This document shows, one piece after another, positions 26,760 to 34,815 of a DNA stretch of 41,327 nt. The stretch's first letter is position 1. Every line of letters begins with the position of its first letter. This stretch comes from a virus. The stretch lies in IMG/VR virus record IMGVR_UViG_3300032893_000129, positions 1 through 41,327 of that record. One strand, 5' to 3'. Position numbers and translations under genes: made by a program. The notes under the pieces are model-generated. The model was not told the origin of the DNA and searched no databases. It saw only the letters and a list, made by a program, of their open reading frames with translations.

Positions 26760-26777
26760 TAGCAATCCGTTCGAAAA

Positions 26778-27572
26778 ATGCTCATGCTTCCAAGTGTGAG
26801 CACTAAACTTGAGCGGTACGGGATATTGAACGACATTCATTTCCCCTATGAAGACCAGCAGCGCTACAAGATGGCTCTTAAGATCTTTCGCTCCTTTGAT
26901 GCGCCCATTGACCACCTTTATCTGCTTGGCGACATTGGCGAATTTGAAGCGGTTTCTTCTTGGGCAAAACATCCTGGCGAACAAATGCCATTCCTGCGAG
27001 AACTCGAGTACGTTAACCGAAAGCTTGATGAAATCCATTCGCTTTTTCCGGCGACGCCGGTGACGTTGATTGAGGGAAACCATTGCTATAGGCTTTTTAG
27101 ATTCATCCGCGATGTGGCGCCACAGATGTGGGGGCTTATCGATACACCGCAAGTTTTGAAATTCCACGAAAGACCGCGGTGGAAATTCGTTCCTTATGGC
27201 CCAATCCAACTCGTTCAATGTGGAAAATCTAAACTCTACTTGAGGCATGAACCCATTGGCCGCGGGCAAGCCCATGCGAAGCAAACGGCAGAGAATGCGT
27301 ACGTTGATGTTGCTTATGGTCACACTCACACTTGGCAGTCTTTTTCTCATAGGAAGTTTGGACCCACTCCAATTTTAACCAAAGCGTATTCTCTTGGGTG
27401 GCTTGGAGATAAGTCGAAGCCCGTTTTCGACTATCGCGGATCCAAAGACAATTGGGTCGAAGGGTGTACGATCGTGGAATGCGAGACGCAATCTGGCGAT
27501 TATAGCTTGGAATTTGTGGACCTTCGGCGGATCCCCGCTTTTTTCCGTGGCAAACAGGTTGACCCAAAGTAG
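26778..27572 (+). CDS. Calcineurin-like metallophosphoesterase
   Basis: Motifs 'NDIHFP' (DxH), 'LLGDIGE' (GD), 'IEGNHC' (GNH) and 'AYGHTH' (GHxH). Confidence 0.85.
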   Translation: MLMLPSVSTKLERYGILNDIHFPYEDQQRYKMALKIFRSFDAPIDHLYLLGDIGEFEAVSSWAKHPGEQMPFLRELEYVNRKLDEIHSLFPATPVTLIEGNHCYRLFRFIRDVAPQMWGLIDTPQVLKFHERPRWKFVPYGPIQLVQCGKSKLYLRHEPIGRGQAHAKQTAENAYVDVAYGHTHTWQSFSHRKFGPTPILTKAYSLGWLGDKSKPVFDYRGSKDNWVEGCTIVECETQSGDYSLEFVDLRRIPAFFRGKQVDPK

Positions 27573-27651
27573 AATCATTCCCATACTTCGAAGCTAGATG
27601 TGCTGTTTATTTTCAATTCGTAACAAACCCCGCCGGGGAAGGAAGAAGAAA

Positions 27652-28059
27652 ATGTCCAAAGATCAAATCGTTTCCGATGCAAAGTCTGCGTTCATTTCTG
27701 GCCAAGATCAAATCTTGGGCCAAGTTTTGAGCGACGTTTACGACAAAGCGGCCTCCGAGCAAAAAGCTTCGGACGGCACTCTCACGCAAGCCGATCTCGA
27801 TGCCGCTGTAAAAGCTGCAACCGATCCGCTGAATCAGCAAATTTCGGATCTCCAAGCAAAGGATGATTCTGACATCGCGGCGCTGAAAGATGCTCAAGAC
27901 AAGTTGGCAGCTCTCCAAACTTCGTTTGATGTTTTGTCTTCCAAGGAAGCCGGCGAAGCAATCCAAGTTTCACAGTTTCAAGGGATGAAAGATCAGTTAA
28001 TCGCAGCGCAAAGCTCACTCGCGGCTTTGCTTGCTTCGATCTCGCCTCCAACTCCCTAA
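27652..28059 (+). CDS. Coiled-coil protein of unknown function
   Basis: The ATG at 27652 follows GGAAGGAAGAAGAA. The protein is Ala/Asp/Gln-rich with heptad character. The track's 27598 start adds an unlikely leader. Confidence 0.55.
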   Translation: MSKDQIVSDAKSAFISGQDQILGQVLSDVYDKAASEQKASDGTLTQADLDAAVKAATDPLNQQISDLQAKDDSDIAALKDAQDKLAALQTSFDVLSSKEAGEAIQVSQFQGMKDQLIAAQSSLAALLASISPPTP

Positions 28060-28072
28060 TAGTCTTAAAAGG

Positions 28073-28101
28073 AAAAAGCCCGCTGCGAAGCGGGCTTTTT
28101 T
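28073..28101. terminator. Bidirectional rho-independent terminator at the convergence of the two arms
   Basis: A5 (28073-28077), stem AGCCCGC (28077-28083) pairing with GCGGGCT (28090-28096), then T6 (28096-28101). A second 7-bp hairpin lies at 28102-28121. Confidence 0.8.
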
Positions 28102-28130
28102 ATTCGTGCATCGTCACGAATAGTGACGTT

Positions 28131-28586
28131 TCAAACTACCGATTCCCACAACTGTTTCCTTTCGGTCGGATGCTTAGTAGTTCTCGATCGACTCGGCCTT
28201 CCCCAATGTCCGCCGCCAGTCAGTGAGACCAGTCGCCAGCCTGACGCCTTAAGAGAAGTGCCAGGTTCCGACTCAAGAATGTAGGTGATGATTCGCGAAT
28301 AGCCCATTGCGAAGGCGATTTGGCGAGCTCGCGCATAGAGAAACGAGCACACATTTTTCATTCCATTAGAGCAAAGTCTTGTCACTTCGAGCGTCATTCC
28401 GTTATCCAACATTCTCGCAATTGGTCGACCACAAGCCATAACACCGACACATTCGTCGCCGCTGAAAGCCGCAATGCCAAACTTCCAGCCTTGCGGCGGC
28501 CTATGATGACGGTGAAATGCTGAAATAAATTCGCAGCATTGTTTATATGAAAGCGGCCTTGCAACCAACAAACTTTCCCCCTGCAA
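28131..28586 (-). CDS. Small GNAT-like protein of the 'HRHH' family that includes Mu Mom-like DNA-modification proteins (putative)
   Basis: 'FHRHHRPPQGWKFGIA...GVMACGRPIARMLDNGMTLEVTRLCS.G..NVCSFLYARARQIAFAMGYSRIITY..ESEPGTSLKASGW'. No ATG start; TTG at 28586, or TTG at 28571 after AGGGGGAAAG. Confidence 0.6.
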   Translation of the reverse strand: MQGESLLVARPLSYKQCCEFISAFHRHHRPPQGWKFGIAAFSGDECVGVMACGRPIARMLDNGMTLEVTRLCSNGMKNVCSFLYARARQIAFAMGYSRIITYILESEPGTSLKASGWRLVSLTGGGHWGRPSRSRTTKHPTERKQLWESVV

Positions 28587-28620
28587 CTTCTAGTAAAATT
28601 TTGCACTAACTTCTAGTAAA
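28585..28620 (-). promoter_or_regulatory. Tandem 13-mers (AACTTCTAGTAAA x2, 23-nt period) immediately upstream of the Mom-like gene
   Basis: Exact copies at 28585-28597 and 28608-28620, in the 79-nt gap between DUF3310 and the GNAT gene. Confidence 0.5.
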
Positions 28621-28665
28621 TCTGAATCGTCACCGCAGGTGAAGTTTCATCGAATCAGTGATGAT

Positions 28666-28896
28666 TCAACTTTTCCCAATAGCCATCTTTTTGCGCCGCT
28701 CGATTTCTCGATTGACATACCAAGCTGCTTTCTCCAAATCTTGAATCCCATTCTTGAGATCCGCACGCCAAAGGTACTTGATCGCGTTGCCCACGCAAAA
28801 GTTTTGGTGTTCCGTAACTTGGATGCATTCTATCCCACTTGGATGTTCAGTATAGTGCGACGGGTAGTTGACCGGGTCGTGTTTCTTGGCTGCCAT
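28666..28896 (-). CDS. DUF3310-family protein
   Basis: 'VNYPSHY...GIECIQV....F..GNAIKYLWRADLKNG.QDLEKAAWY' signature. The ATG at 28896 overlaps the upstream stop (TAATG). Confidence 0.75.
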   Translation of the reverse strand: MAAKKHDPVNYPSHYTEHPSGIECIQVTEHQNFCVGNAIKYLWRADLKNGIQDLEKAAWYVNREIERRKKMAIGKS

Positions 28897-29033
28897 TATT
28901 TCCCGCCTTTTTTGGGTTCTCGGTATCCATTCGCGTAAGCGGCCTTCGCTTGCTTTTCGGCTTGCGCTTTGGTCGGATATACTTTTCCGTGATTTCCCCA
29001 CTTGTATCCACCTTTTACTTTTTTGACTGGCAT
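28896..29033 (-). CDS. Small basic ORF (45 aa), not in the supplied ORF track
   Basis: GGAGGA lies 7 nt before the ATG at 29033. It reads MPVKKVKGGYKWGNHGKVYPTKAQAEKQAKAAYANGYREPKKGGK. Its stop overlaps the DUF3310 start. Confidence 0.5.
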   Translation of the reverse strand: MPVKKVKGGYKWGNHGKVYPTKAQAEKQAKAAYANGYREPKKGGK

Positions 29034-29037
29034 CTTT

Positions 29038-30000
29038 TTATCCTCCGAGCAATTCGCTCATTTGGTTTGCGATCTCGCCAGCGGCTTTGATTCGTCTCGA
29101 ATCAAGAAGCTGGGCATAGATCTTGGTTGTTTGTGTTGACTTGTGGTTCAACAATTCGCCGATCAAACCAAGGTCTGCGCCGTTTGACAAGCCCACCGTT
29201 GCAAAAGTTCGCCGGCAATCACGCATCCAAAGATCCGGACAGATGGCTTCTTGGCGAATCCGATCCCAAAGGCCATTGGGCATTGAGCATCCCATGAGTG
29301 AACCGTCCAAAGGCTTGCCAAGTTCCTTGATTTGCGCCATCAACATGGGTGGGAAGATCACTTGCTCGAACTCCCCCGTAATTTCCGTGCCTTTACCCTT
29401 GAAGGAAAGAATGCCGTAGCCATCTTGTTCTCTTAAATCACTCCACTGAGCGCGTTCAAGCGATCGCGGCCTAGCGCCGGTGAGCAAGAGCGCCAAGATA
29501 AACGTCGTTTTCCGCGGCCACCGGCTAGAATATTTGGCAATCAACGCGCCGATGCGTCGGAGCTCATCTGGGGTGGCATAGCGTTTTCGCTTCTTTTCGC
29601 GGAAGGCTTTGACGCGTTTGCACGGGTTATCGGCAATCCATTCCCGCTCCCAGGCGTGCTGAAACATACGGCTTAAAACCTCCAAGGCGCGATTTGCCTG
29701 AGTTGGGGTGCCTACGAGCCCAATATGCCAATCTCGCACAATGGCAGCCCTCATATCGTTTATATTGAATGATCCAAGTTCCGGTTCGATGAACACCTTG
29801 AAGCATCGTTCGACTTCGTACGACCAGCCGCTTTTTAAAAACCGATCGTTTGACCAATGCTCCGACCAGACGCGTTTAAAAAGCGCTGAAACGGTCATTG
29901 CTGCATTTTTAGGCACCGGACCGGTCAAAATACCCTCGAGCGTTCGAATCGTCGTGGCGACGGCTTTACGGCGGTTTAAATCGAATTGCATTTTTTCCAT
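29038..30000 (-). CDS. int: Tyrosine recombinase / phage integrase
   Basis: 'LLLTGARPRSL' (box I Arg), 'RDCRRTFAT', and 'LLNHKSTQTTKIYAQ' (His and the catalytic Tyr). Confidence 0.85.
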   Translation of the reverse strand: MEKMQFDLNRRKAVATTIRTLEGILTGPVPKNAAMTVSALFKRVWSEHWSNDRFLKSGWSYEVERCFKVFIEPELGSFNINDMRAAIVRDWHIGLVGTPTQANRALEVLSRMFQHAWEREWIADNPCKRVKAFREKKRKRYATPDELRRIGALIAKYSSRWPRKTTFILALLLTGARPRSLERAQWSDLREQDGYGILSFKGKGTEITGEFEQVIFPPMLMAQIKELGKPLDGSLMGCSMPNGLWDRIRQEAICPDLWMRDCRRTFATVGLSNGADLGLIGELLNHKSTQTTKIYAQLLDSRRIKAAGEIANQMSELLGG

Positions 30001-30061
30001 TGAAACTCCTTCGGTTTTTCGTTTTTTCGGTTACAGGTTCGCAGCTTTTACCGCAGAAGTT

Positions 30062-32200
30062 TCAATCCTCCCACAAAATTTTTCCGCCGATGTGCGTTTC
30101 GAAATCTTTTCGCGCTTGCTCGATCGTCGGAAAGCGATAGGTATACGGAAGAACTTTACCTTCTCGAACGCGTCCAAGACCCATGCTTGGACAACAAAGT
30201 TTCAATCTGCGGCCAAACTGAGATTCATTTGGCGCCCAACCGCTCATGCGTTCATTGAAGTATCGATAGAAAGAATCTCGCGCGGTCGATTTTAAGGCTT
30301 CAACCGGCCAACCTTCTATGCCCGAATGAGAAAGAGATTTGGATTGAAGAACCTCGAGCCACCACTGTTCAATCGGTCCGAGGCTACTAAGTTTTTGATC
30401 GGTCAAGGCTTCCGTCGCTGGCGCTGCGTTCACATCGGAAATTGGAGCGTTCATCAAGTAATCGAGCAAGAGCTCGTAACCTCCGTCTTTCATTCCGTCT
30501 AGAATCGATTGGAAAAACGGGCGATCTTGTTTCCTACCATTGCCAACGTCGAACACGGCAAATCGGCGTTCATCGCCAGATGCCGGCACGATCCAATCTT
30601 CGTTTCCGATGATCACCACTCGAAGCAGGTTCGCTACGGTGTAGGGCTCTTTTCCTTTGTGTTCGATGACATGGGTTTTGCCAGTGATGAGATCTTTGAG
30701 AACGCCTTCGGCTTGCTTGTCGCCTGACCAGAAGGCTTCCTCAAGGGTAAACAAAAGTAGATGCTGCAAATGCCCATTGAAGTGACTAAGCAAAAAACGG
30801 CGATTGGATGTGAGCAAGAAATGGATACCAAGTAAATGGCCGATGCACTCAACAATGAAGCTTTTGCCAACGCCTTTACCACCGCGCATCACCAATGCCA
30901 CTAAGGGCTTTTCCCACGGCCGCTGAACGAGATGCGCAAAGTATCCCACAAGCCAATTGAAATGTTCAACGTCACCTCGACAAACGTTGAGACGAATATG
31001 CTCTAGAAAGTTCTGAACGGCTGCCAATGCTTCGCGAGAGCCAGTTTTCTTTGGTTTGACCGTAAATCCACGCCACAAATTGTAAAGCCCGCGATGATCT
31101 TTCCCCGGTGCAAAACAAATTCCGGTGTAAGATCTTCGCTCTTTGGATTTCATCCAGAGTTGGGTGATCGGCTGAGGCTTTTCGCCGATCATCATCGTTT
31201 CAGCCGCGTGCCGTTTATGGAAGCTCGGCTCGCTTAAGTGATCGAGTGTAAATTTTCCTTCTTCGTCGGTGATCTCTTGGAGGATATGGTGGCCGCCGCC
31301 GGCGGTGACAAAAGCGTACTCGTCATTGAGCCGCTCGAAAGGGTGCTTGGTTTTCTTTTCTACTTCAACAGCCGGTTCATTGAAGGCCACTTCCGGAGCG
31401 TCGATTCCCGGTGGATTCGCACTGTAGTTAAATGCGGAAGCCACCACATGACGAATCTCTTCCGTTTCGAGAGCGGGTTCGCAGACGAAATACTGGCGCA
31501 TAACCTCCACGCATTTTTCGAAGGATAGCCCAAAGTCCTTGATCTTGCATGAAGCACGATAGGCAGCATCGTTCCGTCCACCTTGCGCCGCCACCTCCAA
31601 ACTATCCAGATATTCGACGGCTCTATTCCAAGCCATATCTTGGTTAACGTCCACCAAAGCAAGGTGCGATTTCGCAACTTTCTGCGCACGCGGGCTCGCG
31701 GGCTGAACCATCCAATCCAGCGCTTCCGCCATTGGATTCTCATTGATCCATTCGTACTTTTTCCCGTCAATCTCGCTCCCGGCGGCAACGACGTAACCGC
31801 CTAAACCGCGGCGATCGATGCCAACTCCAAGACAGTTCACGCCGTTTTTAATGGGAACGGAAGACCAGTAAAAGAGATGCAAGCCTCCAGTCGGGGTTTT
31901 GGCTGAAAGCGTTGGTGGGAAATCTTTGCCTAAGATGGCTAGTTGATCCATCGCAACGCGGCCATCCCGACCGTCCTTGACGTCAATGTCGATAACGCAG
32001 AGATAAGCGTCTCGATCGAGCAGTTTTCCGCAATGGATTCCAATGTTGCAACTCGTAGTCGGACCACCAAACCAACGGGCCATCTCATCGGCCGAGAGCG
32101 GATGCTGCCATTGCTTTATCGCGGGGATTTTGGAGTTTGGAGCAACAGGAAAGATTTGAAATCCAGCATTGTGGAGGGCAAATGGAGTGTCGAGTTTCAT
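30062..32200 (-). CDS. Bifunctional primase-polymerase (AEP) fused to a D5/P4-type SF3 helicase
   Basis: AEP motifs 'VIDIDVKDG', 'TPTGGLHLFYW' and 'GIDRRGLGGYVVAAGS'. Walker A 'GGKGVGKS'. The ATG at 32200 shares ATGA with the upstream ORF, which I prefer to the track's 32275 start. Confidence 0.88.
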   Translation of the reverse strand: MKLDTPFALHNAGFQIFPVAPNSKIPAIKQWQHPLSADEMARWFGGPTTSCNIGIHCGKLLDRDAYLCVIDIDVKDGRDGRVAMDQLAILGKDFPPTLSAKTPTGGLHLFYWSSVPIKNGVNCLGVGIDRRGLGGYVVAAGSEIDGKKYEWINENPMAEALDWMVQPASPRAQKVAKSHLALVDVNQDMAWNRAVEYLDSLEVAAQGGRNDAAYRASCKIKDFGLSFEKCVEVMRQYFVCEPALETEEIRHVVASAFNYSANPPGIDAPEVAFNEPAVEVEKKTKHPFERLNDEYAFVTAGGGHHILQEITDEEGKFTLDHLSEPSFHKRHAAETMMIGEKPQPITQLWMKSKERRSYTGICFAPGKDHRGLYNLWRGFTVKPKKTGSREALAAVQNFLEHIRLNVCRGDVEHFNWLVGYFAHLVQRPWEKPLVALVMRGGKGVGKSFIVECIGHLLGIHFLLTSNRRFLLSHFNGHLQHLLLFTLEEAFWSGDKQAEGVLKDLITGKTHVIEHKGKEPYTVANLLRVVIIGNEDWIVPASGDERRFAVFDVGNGRKQDRPFFQSILDGMKDGGYELLLDYLMNAPISDVNAAPATEALTDQKLSSLGPIEQWWLEVLQSKSLSHSGIEGWPVEALKSTARDSFYRYFNERMSGWAPNESQFGRRLKLCCPSMGLGRVREGKVLPYTYRFPTIEQARKDFETHIGGKILWED

Positions 32201-32451
32201 AGACTTGCCTTCCGCGAACGCTCTAAATCGATTTTGTAGAAATAAAAACCCTTGCGGGGTTGTTTGCCCTCGCATCGAGTGAAGATCGCGATTTTTGGAC
32301 TCGCAGCTGCCGCTTGCGCCGGAGATTTGTCCGTGGCGTAAGCAACGATGATGTTTGGAAAAACGAAGTGGTATTCGGGAACGTTGCGCTTTGACATGAT
32401 AAAGTAGTCATCGCCAATTCTGAAAGGCTTGTCTTGTGGATATTCGGTCAT
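32197..32451 (-). CDS. Hypothetical protein (84 aa)
   Basis: ATGA overlaps at both ends: with the polymerase stop at 32448-32451 and with the primase start at 32197-32200. Confidence 0.5.
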   Translation of the reverse strand: MTEYPQDKPFRIGDDYFIMSKRNVPEYHFVFPNIIVAYATDKSPAQAAAASPKIAIFTRCEGKQPRKGFYFYKIDLERSRKASL

Positions 32452-34514
32452 TTGCGATACCTTTTCCCACGCCAACCGCCGGCTGCAATCGGGAGAGTCC
32501 GAGCCCAGTCAGGATTTGCGCACATGATTTGTGACATTTCTTCAACTGACCCGAAGCTTTTTGGCACTTCGCAGATCACTTCATCATGAACGTGCGCAAC
32601 AACGGGGTATCCTTTAGCTTCCAATCGAAGCATCGCATCGGCAAGTAAATCTCGCGCCACGGCTTGCGTCACGTTTTCTGCCAAAGACCCGCCATAGGTG
32701 TGGGTTCTAACCCATTTGCGTGAAATGTCTTCGGATTTGTAGACGATTGAAGGCCTGATCTCTCCCCAAGGCGTTTTCTTCTCATCAAGCGATGGATAGG
32801 GATAGCAAATGACGCCTCCGCCAGGGAGTTTACACCAAAGGAAAGATCCGTTTACAAGATAAGTAATTCCGCGCACTTGCTGCGGGATCTTTGGATTTTG
32901 GATTGCGGCGATAGCAGCGTTTTCAAGCGAATACCAAAAACGCACGATATCGGGGTTGGCTTCGCGCCAAGCAAGTTTTGTGAGGTCTGACGCGATGAAC
33001 TCTTCCATCGGAAGATCGTAGCGCTTGCCATTTTCCTGCCAGTTCTTTATCGCTTTTTCCCGGTGCTCCGCGGATGCCTGTGCGAGCAGAGTTGGATACG
33101 CAGGAGCCATGCTAACTCCGTAGCCTTTTGCCATTGTGGAAAACGCTCCGACGCCACCTTGATATCCGAGAGCAAGCACGGCGACTTTTCCGACTTGCCT
33201 TTGCCAATCGACGATGGCGTTGATCGGCACAGTAAAAATGAAACTTGCAGCCTGCTCGTAAATTTTTCCATGGGTTCTAAAGACCTCTAGAGTTGATTCT
33301 TGGCCTGCGAGCCACGCCAGGACTCGAGCTTCAATCGCGCTAAAATCACAAGCAATAAGATCGCGGCCCAAAGGAGCACATATAAATGCGCGAATGCATT
33401 CCGCCAAAACTTCAAGCGGTTTTCCATAGAGAAGGTCGATCTCATGGGCCTTTACGCGTCCACAGCTGAGAGAATCGAGAAGCCGATCGATATGTTCTTG
33501 CTTGATTCCCGGGCGTTTGAGGTTGTGGAGTTGCACCCTTCGGCCAGCCCATCTGCGAGTGCTAGCTCCGGTATATTGAAAAGTTCCTCGAACTCGGTGA
33601 TCCCTGCCTGCGGAAACGAGCATTGGCTCAAGTTTTGAAGTGGCAGCTTTTCCGGCTTCCTGCCGAATTTCCAAGACTCTTCTACAATCTGAGGGGATTC
33701 CTTCACGGTCAAGCAATTCAGTGACGTCATTTTTAGCAAGTCCTTCAACTGAAACACCCATCCTCCAAGAGAGAAAATCCTTGATCTGTTGCACCGCCGT
33801 TGGCGTTGCCACTTGATTCATTGAAACTTTTTGGATCTCTGCGGTCAACCGGGCTTTTTCATCGTCGATTATTTCAAGAGCACGCTTGATTGCCGGAACG
33901 TCAACTCCAATCCCGCGGTCGTTGATGACTTGATCTAGTTGGTAAACTTTTTGCTCGTAAGGGGAAAGTGGCATCATTCGATGGCCGATTACTCGCTCGA
34001 CCACGACGTCTTGCGCGCAATAAGCTCCAAGCCGTCCGAGTTTTTCCTTGTCCTCATCCCACCAAATCACCTTGCCAGTGGGCGAAACGTCCCGCGGTTG
34101 GCACATTTGGAGCATGAGTCTGCTTCCAGCCATGTCTTTTCGTTGGTCGACTCCAAGGGCAGCGCTCGCGCCGTCTAGAGAGCCGGGGAGTGCCATGGCA
34201 TAGGCCATGGCAGAAGTGCAGCGGACTTGGTGAATGGAGATTTTAGGCCACCCATATCTTCGGTGCATGACACAATTGTTGATGACTCGCTCGAAGGCTG
34301 CGTTATGGGCCCAGACTTCTCGGCCGGCCTCAATGTGATCTCGCACATCGGAAGGACAAGCCTGGCCTGCCCACCACGTGCGAACAGGGCCTTCGTCAAA
34401 GGTGTAACAAGCAACAATGACGTCGGTGTCGGGATGGGTGGCATAAACATGGAGCCCTACCTTTTTGAGATCGACGGTCGATTTTGTTTCGAAATCCAAG
34501 TGCAAGATGGACAC
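32448..34514 (-). CDS. Family A DNA polymerase with an N-terminal 3'-5' exonuclease
   Basis: Exo I 'HLDFETKS', motif A 'ACDFSAIEARVLAW', motif B 'KVAVLALGYQGG', motif C 'HVHDEV'. GTG start after AGGGGGA. Confidence 0.92.
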   Translation of the reverse strand: MSILHLDFETKSTVDLKKVGLHVYATHPDTDVIVACYTFDEGPVRTWWAGQACPSDVRDHIEAGREVWAHNAAFERVINNCVMHRRYGWPKISIHQVRCTSAMAYAMALPGSLDGASAALGVDQRKDMAGSRLMLQMCQPRDVSPTGKVIWWDEDKEKLGRLGAYCAQDVVVERVIGHRMMPLSPYEQKVYQLDQVINDRGIGVDVPAIKRALEIIDDEKARLTAEIQKVSMNQVATPTAVQQIKDFLSWRMGVSVEGLAKNDVTELLDREGIPSDCRRVLEIRQEAGKAATSKLEPMLVSAGRDHRVRGTFQYTGASTRRWAGRRVQLHNLKRPGIKQEHIDRLLDSLSCGRVKAHEIDLLYGKPLEVLAECIRAFICAPLGRDLIACDFSAIEARVLAWLAGQESTLEVFRTHGKIYEQAASFIFTVPINAIVDWQRQVGKVAVLALGYQGGVGAFSTMAKGYGVSMAPAYPTLLAQASAEHREKAIKNWQENGKRYDLPMEEFIASDLTKLAWREANPDIVRFWYSLENAAIAAIQNPKIPQQVRGITYLVNGSFLWCKLPGGGVICYPYPSLDEKKTPWGEIRPSIVYKSEDISRKWVRTHTYGGSLAENVTQAVARDLLADAMLRLEAKGYPVVAHVHDEVICEVPKSFGSVEEMSQIMCANPDWARTLPIAAGGWRGKRYRK

Positions 34515-34668
34515 TTATTCCCCCTAAAAACAAAAAGCGTGTGGGCGTGACTCCACTGGATGCCCCTGCAATCCGTTCACGGCGTACTATCCGGAGAGTT
34601 GCTATCAGTTTGCTCCCGGCCAGGCGTGTGCTCTAGAGGGCTACGGCACCTCAACTTCCACACATGAC

Positions 34669-34746
34669 GCTTTTTAGAGAGCCCCGCCAGTCGGGTGTTT
34701 TCACGTTGTTGATCTTTCAGTCAACCAACGGGGCTCTCTAAAAAGC
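34669..34746 (-). other. Long perfect hairpin (18-bp stem) with a nested inner hairpin
   Basis: GCTTTTTAGAGAGCCCCG (34669-34686) is the exact reverse complement of 34729-34746. An inner GTTGA/TCAAC stem sits in the 42-nt loop. Confidence 0.7.
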
Positions 34747-34772
34747 CGGTTGTTGCCACACGCGCAACCGGC
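34740..34772 (-). terminator. Rho-independent terminator after the SSB gene
   Basis: On the minus strand, GCCGGTTG (34772-34765) pairs with CAACCGGC (34752-34745), followed by U5 (34744-34740). An alternative GTTGCC/GGCAAC pairing overlaps this stem. Confidence 0.55.
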
Positions 34773-34815
34773 AACGCGCCATCTGCCAGGGATACCTTGG
34801 CCGTGGCAAATTCAC

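Noticed and set aside
29708-30295. 195-aa plus-strand ORF across the integrase/primase junction, and 223-aa plus-strand ORF at 37752-38423
   Set aside because: Both are antisense shadows of motif-supported minus-strand genes (integrase, primase, SNF2). Neither has a convincing RBS or recognisable motifs.
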